This document shows positions 1 to 9,290 of a DNA stretch of 64,000 nucleotides, piece after piece; the first letter of the stretch is position 1, and every line of letters begins with the position of its first letter. The translations under genes were made by a program, and so were the position numbers. The notes under the pieces are model-generated. The model was given only the letters and a program-made list of their open reading frames with translations, had not been told where the DNA came from and ran no database searches. This DNA is from Diplonema japonicum (lineage: Eukaryota > Protista > Euglenozoa: Diplonemea), in the NCBI GenBank assembly GCA_964019335.1, contig OZ025755.1, forward strand, positions 186,001 through 250,000. The letters run 5' to 3'.

Positions 1-826
1 CCGACCCTGCAGAGGCTTCCCCGAGCCCTGTACCCCCACATACCCCCCCTAAGAATTCCAAAGCCCTAGGAAAAGCTTTAAAAAAATGGATTCCTTGGGT
101 TCTCGGCCTTGCAGGTGGCGCTGCGAGTCCGGATAAAAGACCCCCAACCCAAAATAACGTAGGATCAGGGGGGGGGGGGGGGGGGGGGTTTGCTACAGGC
201 TTCCCCAAGCCCCACAGGCGGGCGTGGCCCTGCCGACCCTGCAGAGGCTTACCCAAGCCCTGTACCCCTAAGATCACCCCCTTTTTGCGGAAAATCACCC
301 CTTTTTGCGGAAAATCACCCCCTATATGCGGAAGATGACCACGCCCTGCTGACCCTGTGGGCGGGCGTGGCCCTGCCGGCCCTGCGGAGGCTTCCCCGAG
401 CCCCGTGGCTCGGAGGCTACCCCGAGCCCTGTACCCCCACCCCCGAAGAATTCCAAAGCCCTGGGAAAAGCTTTAAAAAAATGGATTCTTTGGGTTCTCG
501 GCCTTGCAGGTGGCGCTGCGAGTCCGGATAAAAGACCCCCAACCCAAAATAACGTAGGATCAGGGGGGTTTGCTACAGGCTTCCCCAAGCCCCACAGGCG
601 GGCGCGGCCCTGCCGACCCTGCAGAGGCTTACCCAAGCCCCTGTATACCGGGAGATCCCAAACCCATGCGAAAGCAGAAAAGAAAAAAAATAAAAATAAA
701 AAAAATGAACTTTCTGGGCTCTCGGCTCTGTACATGGCGCTGCGGGTCCAGAGGAACCCCAGAAAAACGTAGAATCAGGAGTTTGGCTTCCCCAAGCCCC
801 ACAGGCGGGCGTGGCCATGCGAAAGC
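1..826. repeat. GC-rich tandem/satellite-like repeat, unit about 380-400 bp, 2-3 diverged copies
   Basis: AAGAATTCCAAAGCCCT at ~51 and ~446; TTTGCTACAGGCTTCCCCAAGCCCCACAGGCGGGCG at ~188 and ~568, and partially at ~785; the unit resumes at 1422-1464 after an insertion. Confidence 0.85.
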
Positions 827-844
827 AAAAAAAAAAAAAAAAAA

Positions 845-1396
845 GGTGTCTTTGAAGGGAACCTGCAGTATGTGACAGGATCGCCTAACGACAATCAACT
901 CATCTAGTGTTTGATCCCTTCTGTCGTGGTAGTGCCTTAGGCCCGTCGTAGTATCTCATCAGCAGCTTGGGCGTGAAACCAACTAGCGAGTTGTTGAGGA
1001 TGCAATGCGTTCGCATTTGTTCCTCTAGGATCGAGTGGGTGACCTTCGGGGACGCGAAGATCGGACGAGTGGAGTATCCAGTGACGGCATGGCTGTGGAG
1101 CCCTAGGGTGCGTAGTGAGTGTACTGACTTCATAGTTTTTGCCGGAATCAGATGATTCCCCGTCCCTTTTAGATGGATCCTTTCTAAGACGCTGAGAATC
1201 CTGCCGAGCTTTCTCGCCCAGCATGCTATGTCTTCACCACCCATGTGGAGCCTTTCCGTTGCAATGAGGTCGACCGCCAGTTCCGCCTTAGAAACTTGCC
1301 CGCCGTCCTCGCCCCATTTTAGGGCCTTTAACCAGTTGAGGACAAATGGGATTAGGCCTGGGAAGTATTTCTTCTGCAGCCCATGCTCGTGGTACC
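845..1396 (-). mobile_element. 5'-truncated retroposon (non-LTR-like) copy: ORF C-terminus plus a 55-nt 3' tail
   Basis: Open frame 1397->900 (WYHEHGLQKKYFPGLIPFVLNWLKALKWGEDGGQVSKAELAVDLIA...SLRTLGL...GYSTRP...); near-identical copy at 59906-60440; same 3' end as five shorter copies; flanked by A18 and A25 inside a satellite unit. Confidence 0.75.
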
Positions 1397-1656
1397 AAAA
1401 AAAAAAAAAAAAAAAAAAAAAGAAGAAATTAATTTTCTGGGCTCTCGGCTCTGTACCTGGCGCTTTTGTTACTTTTTTATTTTATATCTTTTTCTTTTTT
1501 TATTTGGTTTTGGGGAGGTGGTTCTGTACAGGTCGTGGTTGTGTCGTTGTTCCTGCTGTGGCCCATTTTTTTTTCTTCTTCTTTTTTTCATTTTTGTTTT
1601 AATTTATGTAAGTGTGTGTGTAAAAAGACCTGGAGAGTGTGGATGGGTTGGATGTT

Positions 1657-2876
1657 ACTAGGGGATCACGAATAAATGGAAACGACGCTGGTTTTATCAT
1701 TCACATAATAGGAAGGGGAACACGTCTCCTGCAACCTTCTTTTTTTAATCGAGGGGAAGCTGGTAAATAAAGACCGTGGACTTGCGACTAAGCCTAGAGA
1801 AGGGGAAAAGAAAAAAAAAAAAATAGGAAGAAAATACGGTGACTTTAGATCCTCTTCCAAAGCACCTGATTTCCCCACATTTTTTTAATTCTCTTTTTTC
1901 TTTTCTTTTTTTTTTTTTTTTTGGCCAGCTACTTTACACCATTTCTCCCCTTCCGACAGTCTGGAAAAAAAAAAAAGAGAGAGAGGAATAAAAAAAAAAA
2001 AAAAAAAAGAAAGACTAACTAAAATAAGAAAACTAATAATAACGTGGCATTCTTAGTGAATCGTACCAGAAAATCGTTATTTTTTTTTTTTGATCTTCAA
2101 TTCTAAGAATGAAGAGGTCAGCACATGAAGTGACACACACACCCAAAAATATGTTTTTTTTTTTTCTTTTTCGGACTGTTAAAAAAAAAAGAAAAGAAAA
2201 AAAAAAGAGACCTAATAACGTGGCATTCTTAAAGTGAATCGTATCAGAAAATCGCTATTTTTTTTTTTTTTTTTTTTAGGTTTCTTATTACTTTTTTTCT
2301 TTCTTTTTTTCTGTTGTTCTTCATTCTAGAAGATGGAGAGGCCAGCACAGCATGGGGTGAAGCGAAGAGAGGAGACGACGGCGGAGCCAACGAGGAGGAG
2401 CATCGCGAGGTTGAACCAGATGCCCCTCATCCTGCCGACGGGGCCGTTCTTGCGGTAGCCACCACAGTAGAGCTCCCTCCCAACGATGTAGGCGACCGCG
2501 TTGGTGACAGTCCACATGGGGAAGTTCAGCCCAGAGACGAGAATGGTGAGAACGATCCCTGTGAGGCCTTCCACGTAGTTCCCGTGGGCCCTCTGGCAAG
2601 ATGCGTACTCCAGCCACTCCTTGTAGGACAGTTTGGCACAGTGCCTGCCGTCCCCCATGTCGGGGTAGGCACCCTTTGGGATGTCCATCCCGTACTTCTC
2701 TTTGAACATCTTGTTCTCCTCCTTGAGGTTCTTCTCAACCCACTCCTTGTTCATTACCCTGTAGCGTCCCACACGGGCCCCTTGTGTCAAGCAGTGGAAG
2801 GTCACCGCAACTGCACTCAGCATCACGTACCCGTAGTCGGCAGGAAGGGTGTAGGTCACTGACATTTTTTTTTTTG
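1657..2876. repeat. Segmental duplication copy A (MAPEG gene plus downstream intergenic DNA)
   Basis: Near-identical to 9287-10508, starting at ACTAGGGGATCACGAATAAATGG; differences are mainly homopolymer lengths. Confidence 0.95.
2326..2865 (-). CDS. MAPEG family, microsomal glutathione S-transferase 3-like
   Basis: 179 aa with hydrophobic helices; YPDMGDGR and CQRAHGNYVE (MGST3-type QRAHxNxxE) motifs; IVGRELYxxGY. Confidence 0.9.
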   Translation of the reverse strand: MSVTYTLPADYGYVMLSAVAVTFHCLTQGARVGRYRVMNKEWVEKNLKEENKMFKEKYGMDIPKGAYPDMGDGRHCAKLSYKEWLEYASCQRAHGNYVEGLTGIVLTILVSGLNFPMWTVTNAVAYIVGRELYCGGYRKNGPVGRMRGIWFNLAMLLLVGSAVVSSLRFTPCCAGLSIF

Positions 2877-3127
2877 TTTACCCGTCGTGTCTTTAGGAAA
2901 ACTAGTAAAGTGCTTTACAGAACAAAGTGGGGGGGGGGGGGGGATACGTTTTTAAAAGGGTTTTGCTTTTTGCTTTTATGTTCATTTTTTTTTTCTTCTT
3001 TCTTCGAAGGGTAGCGGGAAAAAAAAAAAAAATAGAAAAGGCGCAATAACGTCTCTTTTCTTCTTTTTTTTTTCTTTTTTTGAACAGTTCAGTAAGATAA
3101 GGATAAAAAAAATAAAGAAATAAAAAA

Positions 3128-3170
3128 GATGTCTTTGAGGGAACCTGCAGTATGTGACAGGATCGCCTTA
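3128..3170 (-). mobile_element. Tail-only copy (~42 bp) of the retroposon 3' end
   Basis: GATGTCTTTGAGGGAACCTGCAGTATGTGACAGGATCGCCT matches 845-886; preceded by an A run on the + strand. Confidence 0.8.
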
Positions 3171-3616
3171 AAAAAAGAAACGTTAGCAAGATTTTTTTTT
3201 TTTTTTTTTTTACTTCTCAGTTATTTTTATATGATAATAAGAAGTCGCAGCTAGGGGGGGGGGGGGGGGGGGGGGCTTAAGAAGATTCAAACAAACTGGG
3301 GGTAGGAGCGCCAACACAGGCGGTATAACTTTCAAAGAAAGAACAAAAAAGAATTCTTTATGACTATATGTCTTTGTTGTTCGCACGAGAAAAAAAAAAG
3401 GTTTTTTAAAAGCTGCGAAAGTTTTTTTTGCTCGGCACAAGTTGCATATAGTTATAAAAAAAAAATTTTTTTTTTGAAAGATAAATATTTGTAAGAAAAA
3501 AAAAAAAAAAAAAAAAAAGAGACAGGGATCCTCTTCCCTTGCTCCTATCCAAATAATAAAGAAGTGAAAGAAAGAAAAAAAAGGGTGTAAGAAAAAAAAG
3601 AATTTTGTTCTTCATT

Positions 3617-4156
3617 CTAGAAGATGGGGAGGTCAGCACCCAACGTTGTGAAGCGAAGAGAGGAGACGAAGGCGGAGCCAACGAGGAGGAGCATCGCGAG
3701 CATAAACCAAATGCCCCTCAATCTGCCGGCTGGGCCCTTCTTGCGGTAGCCACCACAGTAGAGCTCCCTCCCAACGATGTAGGCGATCGTGTTGGTGACA
3801 GTCCACATGGGGAAGTTCAGCCCAGAGACGAGAATGGTGAGAACGATCCCTGTGAGGCCTTCCACGTAGTTCCCGTGGGCCCTCTGGCCAGATGCGTACT
3901 CCAGCCACTCCTTGTAGGACAGTTTGGCACAGTGCCTGCCGTCCCCCATGTCGGGGAAGGCACCCTTTGGGATGTCCGTCCCGTACTTCTCTTTGAACAT
4001 CTTGTTCTCCTCCTTGAGGTTCTTCTCAACCCACTCCTTGCTCATGATCACCTCCCTTCCAACCTTTGACCCTTGCACCATGCAGTGGAAGGTCACCGCC
4101 ACAGCACCAGCCATCACGAACCCGTAGTTCTCTGGAAGGGTGTAGGTCACTGACAT
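3617..4156 (-). CDS. MAPEG family, MGST3-like paralog
   Basis: 179 aa; core nearly identical to 2326-2865, termini diverged; GQRAHGNYVE motif. Confidence 0.9.
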   Translation of the reverse strand: MSVTYTLPENYGFVMAGAVAVTFHCMVQGSKVGREVIMSKEWVEKNLKEENKMFKEKYGTDIPKGAFPDMGDGRHCAKLSYKEWLEYASGQRAHGNYVEGLTGIVLTILVSGLNFPMWTVTNTIAYIVGRELYCGGYRKKGPAGRLRGIWFMLAMLLLVGSAFVSSLRFTTLGADLPIF

Positions 4157-4168
4157 TTTTTTTTTCCC

Positions 4169-4201
<33 letters not shown>

Positions 4202-4312
4202 CTGTTGTGTTTTTTGTTTTGTTTTTTTTTTATAATTTATTTTAGAGAGAAAAGAAGGCGTTGCTGAAATAGAACGAAAGGGAGAAAGATAAAGGCAAAC
4301 GAAAAAAAAAAA

Positions 4313-4353
4313 AGAGACATTTAAGGGTACCTGCGGTATGTGGCAGGACGCCT
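4313..4353 (-). mobile_element. Diverged tail-only retroposon copy
   Basis: TTAAGGGTACCTGCGGTATGTGGCAGGACGCCT resembles TGAAGGGAACCTGCAGTATGTGACAGGATCGCCT; preceded by an A run. Confidence 0.6.
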
Positions 4354-4568
4354 GAAGAGTCTCAATCTATCTCTTGATCGAACCTCAATAATAATTATAA
4401 TAATGGCCAGGTGGTGTATCCTGTATAAAGTAGTGTCTACTTGATGACAGGGGGGGCGCACCTTGGTCAAGCTGTATCCTCTTCTGCATTCCAGTTCGTC
4501 TCCTTAATCCTCTGCCGGGTGCCCCGGCGTGCAGAGAGAGAGAGAGAGAGAGTTGAGAATAAAAAAAA

Positions 4569-5450
4569 AAATATTTATTTTTATTTTATTTCCCTCCCCT
4601 GTCATTTCCTTTGAGAGCCCCGGGAACTTTATTTATTTCCTCATGTTTTCTTTAGAACTTTACAATGGGGCGCAAGGCGAAGTGGCATGTCTTCCGTTCA
4701 AAGAACAACGCAGGGCTGCTTGTCCAGTGCAAGAATGAGAGCCTGTTGTTGCCCAGCCTATAGGCAAGACAACATTTTACCAGCTGGTATTTATCTTGCA
4801 CAAAAGCTAGGCCTCAGCAATGCTGAGGTTTATGCGTCGTATGCGTTTCCTAGCTTGCTACTCGTTTAAGGTGGCAAAGTGATGGCATGGCGAGTCGGTA
4901 TCGAGCAGCCCACACAAGCTCTGAACGAGTGGAAGTTACTCAACCACAAGTACAGCTTACTCAACCACAAATAGCCCAAGAACACGAAGTTCGTGTTTAC
5001 ATAATTATCAACAAGAGCAATCTTGATGATTGATATTTTTTGCCGCAAAATTGTTTCTTATTCTCTTCAGGGAAAAGTACTCTCCAACCTGCTGCGACAC
5101 AGTAGGAACCATTGAAGGGTGCCTCTCGCCTGAAGAGGACAGCACCTGGAGGAGTCGCAAGATATCCGAAATTGAGAGATACCTAGCACTGACCATACTG
5201 ATTATACCCCTTCCCTTTTAGGGCGGCTTCCGTCTCAGGGAGCTTGCATGTTAATTTGAATTTTATTTGCCTTCAGCCTTACAAATCTCCAGGTAGAAAT
5301 GTACTGCCAGTTGTCGTCGGGAAATAAAATAAAAATAAAATATTGGATTGTTAAAGCAAAGTGAACTTTATTCTTCCCTCGGCTGATATGCTGTCCCTCG
5401 GGTCGCCCCCTCGGGATAGAATATCAGCCTCTGGAAATAAAGTTCACTTT
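4569..5450. mobile_element. Decayed element with inverted repeats and a terminal hairpin (possibly tyrosine-recombinase type)
   Basis: ~25-bp inverted repeat AATATTTATTTTTATTTTATTTCCC (4569) / GGGAAATAAAATAAAAATAAAATATT (5319); ~93-bp hairpin at 5358-5450; broken coding-like interior. Confidence 0.45.
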
Positions 5451-6280
5451 ATTTATTCAAAAATCAACAGTTATAAAAAAAGAAAAAAACAAAGGAAAAG
5501 TAATACGGTAGCCATACAATGGCCAACAATATCGTAATTGTAAAAGAAAGAAAGAAGAAAAGAAAAAAAAAAGAGAGAGAATAAATAGAAAAAGGCCGAG
5601 ATAGAGCCTTATCCAAGGGAGAGGAAAATTCTTTTTTTATTCTAATTTGATCTTTTTTTTTTTGTTTTATATTTTTTTTATGCTTTATATTATTACTTTT
5701 TTTGTTTTGCTTTGTTGTGTATTTTTTTTTTTCTTTTTTTTTTTTTTTTCTAAAATCTTTTTCAATATTGCACGCGCCCACTTGTGCCTTGTGGGTTGCT
5801 GGGGCGGGCTTGAAAATCTTAATTTTTTTTTATTATTCTTGAGAAACAAATCAGGAAGGGGGGAAGGGAAAAAGTAAAAGCGGCAAAAATGGCTTTAATT
5901 CCCTTATTTCTTCGTTTTTTTTTTTTTTTTTTTAAAAAAAAGAGACATTTAAAAAGAATCGAATCCCTACTCAGCAACAAATCCTGCTGTAGCAGAGAGA
6001 CGGTTTATTTATAAGTTCGATAGGTGGTATTCAAAGAGAGGAAGTGGGGGAGAGGGGCAGTGTCTGTGTACTGTCTGTTGAGTAGGTTTTTTTTTTTTTT
6101 TTAAATCCTGTCTTCACACCCCTCTCAATTTTTTTTTTTTAACACTAGACTACGCCACCGCCCAACAAGAACAAGGAATAGGAAATAGGTGGACAGAAAT
6201 AAATAAAGTAGTTCGCTTTTTTTTCTTTTCTTTTAACAAAGGGAAATTCTAATTTTTACCCCCTTTTTTTTTTCGTATAC

Positions 6281-9235
6281 TCAAACCTCGTAAACAGAAT
6301 TCCTCAGGTGGCCACCACAAATCTGGTCGGTGTTCCCCTTGCAGGAAGCCCTGCAGTCACCCTCTGGTGCTTCCTCCTGAGGGAGGTCTTGGCCACACCA
6401 GCATTGTGTCCACTTCTGCAGGCCAGCGTACCTGTACCCGTTGTGCCTGCACACTGCTGTACATTCTTCTACTGTGTTGCCCCTGCTGGAGTACCCCAGT
6501 ACAGGGAGTGTTCTCTCACCCTTGTAATCTGTAAAGCACCCTTTGTAGTTTGCAGGGGGTGCCACAGGGGGTGCGGCCCCTTCCAGGTCGTACACACTGC
6601 TGCGCCACTTGTTCCCGCAGGAGGCAGTTGCGTCCCCTGCACAAGCCATCTTGCACGCCGTGCCCACCGTGCGCCTAGCCCCTCTGACCCCCTCCCCGCA
6701 CCAGCACTGGTCGCCGTCCCTCAGCCCTGCGAACCTGAACCCCCTCGACACGCAGACTGCCCCGCACCCGTCTACTGTCATCTCCTCGTTTTTGTGTGAG
6801 AAGACAAGTCCCTTGTGCTTGAAGCACCCTACAAACGGGATCACGTGGGGCGCACCTGCACTGTCTGCGTTTGTGACGAAAGGGTTGCTCTCCTCGGGTT
6901 TGGTCCCGTTGCTGTCAGGGAAGGTCCAGTTACCCTCAGGGAAGGTTCCGTTGTTGTCAGGGAAGGTCCAGTTACCCTCAGGGAAGGTTCCGTTGCTGTC
7001 AGGGAAGGTCCAGTTGCCCTCAGGGAAGGTTCCGTTGCTGTCAGGGAAGGTCCAGTTACCCTCAGGGAAGGTTCCGTTACTGTCAGGGAAGGTCCAGTTA
7101 CCCTCAGGGAAGGTTCCGTTGCTGTCAGGGAAGGTCCAGTTGCCCTCAGGGAAGGTTCCGTTGTTGTCAGGGAAGGTCCAGTTGCCCTCAGGGAAGGTTC
7201 CGTTACTGTCAGGGAAGGTCCAGTTACCCTCAGGGAAGGTCCAGTTGCCCTCAGGGAAGGTGTCGTTGTTGTCAGGGAAGGTCCAGTTACCCTCAGGGAA
7301 GGTTCCGTTGTTGTCAGGGAAGGTCCAGTTGCCCTCAGGGAAGGTTCCGTTGTTGTCAGGGAAGGTCCAGTTACCCTCAGGGAAGGTTCCGTTGCTGTCA
7401 GGGAAGGTCCAGTTACCTTCAGGGAAGGTTCCGTTACTGTCAGGGAAGGTCCAGTTGCCCTCGGGGAAGGTTCCGTTGTTGTCAGGGAAGGTCCAGTTAC
7501 CCTCAGGGAAGGTTCCGTTGCTGTCAGGGAAGGTCCAGTTGCCCTCAGGGAAGGTTCCGTTACTGTCAGGGAAGGTCCAGTTACCTTCAGGGAAGGTTCC
7601 GTTACTGTCAGGGAAGGTCCAGTTGCCCTCAGGGAAGGTTCCGTTGTTGTCAGGGAAGGTCCAGTTACCCTCAGGGAAGGTTCCGTTGCTGTCAGGGAAG
7701 GTCCAGTTACCTTCAGGGAAGGTTCCGTTACTGTCAGGGAAGGTCCAGTTACCTTCAGGGAAGGTTCCGTTACTGTCAGGGAAGGTCCAGTTGCCCTCAG
7801 GGAAGGTTCCGTTGTTGTCAGGGAAGGTCCAGTTACCCTCAGGGAAGGTTCCGTTGCTGTCAGGGAAGGTCCAGTTGCCCTCAGGGAAGGTTCCGTTGCT
7901 GTCAGGGAAGGTCCAGTTACCCTCAGGGAAGGTTCCGTTACTGTCAGGGAAGGTCCAGTTACCCTCAGGGAAGGTTCCGTTGCTGTCAGGGAAGGTCCAG
8001 TTGCCCTCAGGGAAGGTTCCGTTGTTGTCAGGGAAGGTCCAGTTGCCCTCAGGGAAGGTTCCGTTACTGTCAGGGAAGGTCCAGTTACCCTCAGGGAAGG
8101 TCCAGTTGCCCTCAGGGAAGGTGTCGTTGTTGTCAGGGAAGGTCCAGTTACCCTCAGGGAAGGTTCCGTTGTTGTCAGGGAAGGTCCAGTTGCCCTCAGG
8201 GAAGGTTCCGTTGTTGTCAGGGAAGGTCCAGTTACCCTCAGGGAAGGTTCCGTTGCTGTCAGGGAAGGTCCAGTTACCTTCAGGGAAGGTTCCGTTACTG
8301 TCAGGGAAGGTCCAGTTGCCCTCGGGGAAGGTTCCGTTGTTGTCAGGGAAGGTCCAGTTACCCTCAGGGAAGGTTCCGTTGCTGTCAGGGAAGGTCCAGT
8401 TACCTTCAGGGAAGGTTCCGTTACTGTCAGGGAAGGTCCAGTTACCTTCAGGGAAGGTTCCGTTACTGTCAGGGAAGGTCCAGTTGCCCTCAGGGAAGGT
8501 TCCGTTGTTGTCAGGGAAGGTCCAGTTACCCTCAGGGAAGGTTCCGTTGCTGTCAGGGAAGGTCCAGTTACCTTCAGGGAAGGTTCCGTTACTGTCAGGG
8601 AAGGTCCAGTTACCTTCAGGGAAGGTTCCGTTACTGTCAGGGAAGGTCCAGTTGCCCTCAGGGAAGGTTCCGTTGTTGTCAGGGAAGGTCCAGTTACCCT
8701 CAGGGAAGGTTCCGTTGCTGTCAGGGAAGGTCCAGTTACCTTCAGGGAAGGTTCCGTTACTGTCAGGGAAGGTCCAGTTGCCCTCAGGGAAGGTTCCGTT
8801 GTTGTCAGGGAAGGTCCAGTTGCCCTCAGGGAAGGTTCCGTTGTTGTCAGGGAAGGTCCAGTTACCCTCAGGGAAGGTTCCGTTGCTGTCAGGGAAGGTC
8901 CAGTTACCTTCAGGGAAGGTTCCGTTACTGTCAGGGAAGGTCCAGTTGCCCTCAGGGAAGGTTCCGTTGTTGTCAGGGAAGGTCCAGTTGCCCTCGGGGA
9001 AGGTTCTGTTGTTGTCAGGGAAGGTCCAGTTGCCCTCGGGGAAGAAGGACCCGTTGTCGTTGGGGAAAGTGAGGTTGCCGTCGGGAACACTCCAGGTGCC
9101 CTCAGGCCGTGCCTCGTAGGTCCCCTCTTCCGTTATATTGCTACCATGGCCAGCAGGGACGGTCCCTTCAGGCCTCACAGCTTCCATAGGTAAAAGGCCG
9201 CACAGCACCCCTGCGGTCACAGCAAGAAACATCAT
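6281..9235 (-). CDS. Secreted protein with ~50 NGTFPEGNWTFPD[SN] repeats and two C-terminal WSC domains
   Basis: Signal-peptide-like MMFLAVTAGVLCGLL; WSC patterns FVGCF...MTVDGCGAVC...FAGLRDGDQCWCG...CKMACAGD...CG and YKGCFTD...CWCG...CKGNTDQICGG..RNSVY. The ATG at 9235 is preferred to the TTG at 9241. Confidence 0.9.
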   Translation of the reverse strand: MMFLAVTAGVLCGLLPMEAVRPEGTVPAGHGSNITEEGTYEARPEGTWSVPDGNLTFPNDNGSFFPEGNWTFPDNNRTFPEGNWTFPDNNGTFPEGNWTFPDSNGTFPEGNWTFPDSNGTFPEGNWTFPDNNGTFPEGNWTFPDNNGTFPEGNWTFPDSNGTFPEGNWTFPDSNGTFPEGNWTFPDNNGTFPEGNWTFPDSNGTFPEGNWTFPDSNGTFPEGNWTFPDSNGTFPEGNWTFPDNNGTFPEGNWTFPDSNGTFPEGNWTFPDSNGTFPEGNWTFPDSNGTFPEGNWTFPDNNGTFPEGNWTFPDSNGTFPEGNWTFPDSNGTFPEGNWTFPDNNGTFPEGNWTFPDNNGTFPEGNWTFPDNNDTFPEGNWTFPEGNWTFPDSNGTFPEGNWTFPDNNGTFPEGNWTFPDSNGTFPEGNWTFPDSNGTFPEGNWTFPDSNGTFPEGNWTFPDSNGTFPEGNWTFPDNNGTFPEGNWTFPDSNGTFPEGNWTFPDSNGTFPEGNWTFPDSNGTFPEGNWTFPDNNGTFPEGNWTFPDSNGTFPEGNWTFPDSNGTFPEGNWTFPDSNGTFPEGNWTFPDNNGTFPEGNWTFPDSNGTFPEGNWTFPDSNGTFPEGNWTFPDNNGTFPEGNWTFPDNNGTFPEGNWTFPDNNDTFPEGNWTFPEGNWTFPDSNGTFPEGNWTFPDNNGTFPEGNWTFPDSNGTFPEGNWTFPDSNGTFPEGNWTFPDSNGTFPEGNWTFPDSNGTFPEGNWTFPDNNGTFPEGNWTFPDSNGTKPEESNPFVTNADSAGAPHVIPFVGCFKHKGLVFSHKNEEMTVDGCGAVCVSRGFRFAGLRDGDQCWCGEGVRGARRTVGTACKMACAGDATASCGNKWRSSVYDLEGAAPPVAPPANYKGCFTDYKGERTLPVLGYSSRGNTVEECTAVCRHNGYRYAGLQKWTQCWCGQDLPQEEAPEGDCRASCKGNTDQICGGHLRNSVYEV
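6900..9085. repeat. Coding 42-bp tandem repeat (two 21-bp half-units) with an 861-bp higher-order duplication
   Basis: Unit TCAGGGAAGGTCCAGTTACCCTCAGGGAAGGTTCCGTTGCTG; the same variant block (GGTGTCG plus an extra half-unit) occurs at 7261 and 8122. Confidence 0.95.
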
Positions 9236-9251
9236 GTTCAAGAAAAAGTTC

Positions 9252-9290
9252 CTGAGGTAAGAGTAAAAGGGGAACAGTAAGAAAGAACTA
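9252..9290 (-). promoter_or_regulatory. Candidate 3' (trans-)splice acceptor upstream of the WSC gene
   Basis: Sense strand TTCTTTCTTACTGTTCCCCTTTTACTCTTACCTCAG ends 16 nt before the ATG. Confidence 0.5.

Noticed and set aside
845-899. Repeated 42-55 nt motif as a spliced-leader RNA gene
   Set aside because: It lacks the euglenozoan SL core (AAC.AACG…TTTCTGTACTTTATTG) and is continuous with a mobile-element ORF.
900-1244. HSLR…RYY read as tyrosine recombinase catalytic motifs
   Set aside because: No box I arginine motif is seen upstream, the second Y is not kept in the other copy, and a shared 3' end with 5' truncations fits a retroposon better. Not fully excluded.
6609-9193. Three further 750-840 aa ORFs overlapping the WSC gene, and a possible CRISPR-like array
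   Set aside because: They are shadows of a stop-free 42-bp repeat. Only one frame has a signal peptide and WSC domains, and there are no unique spacers.
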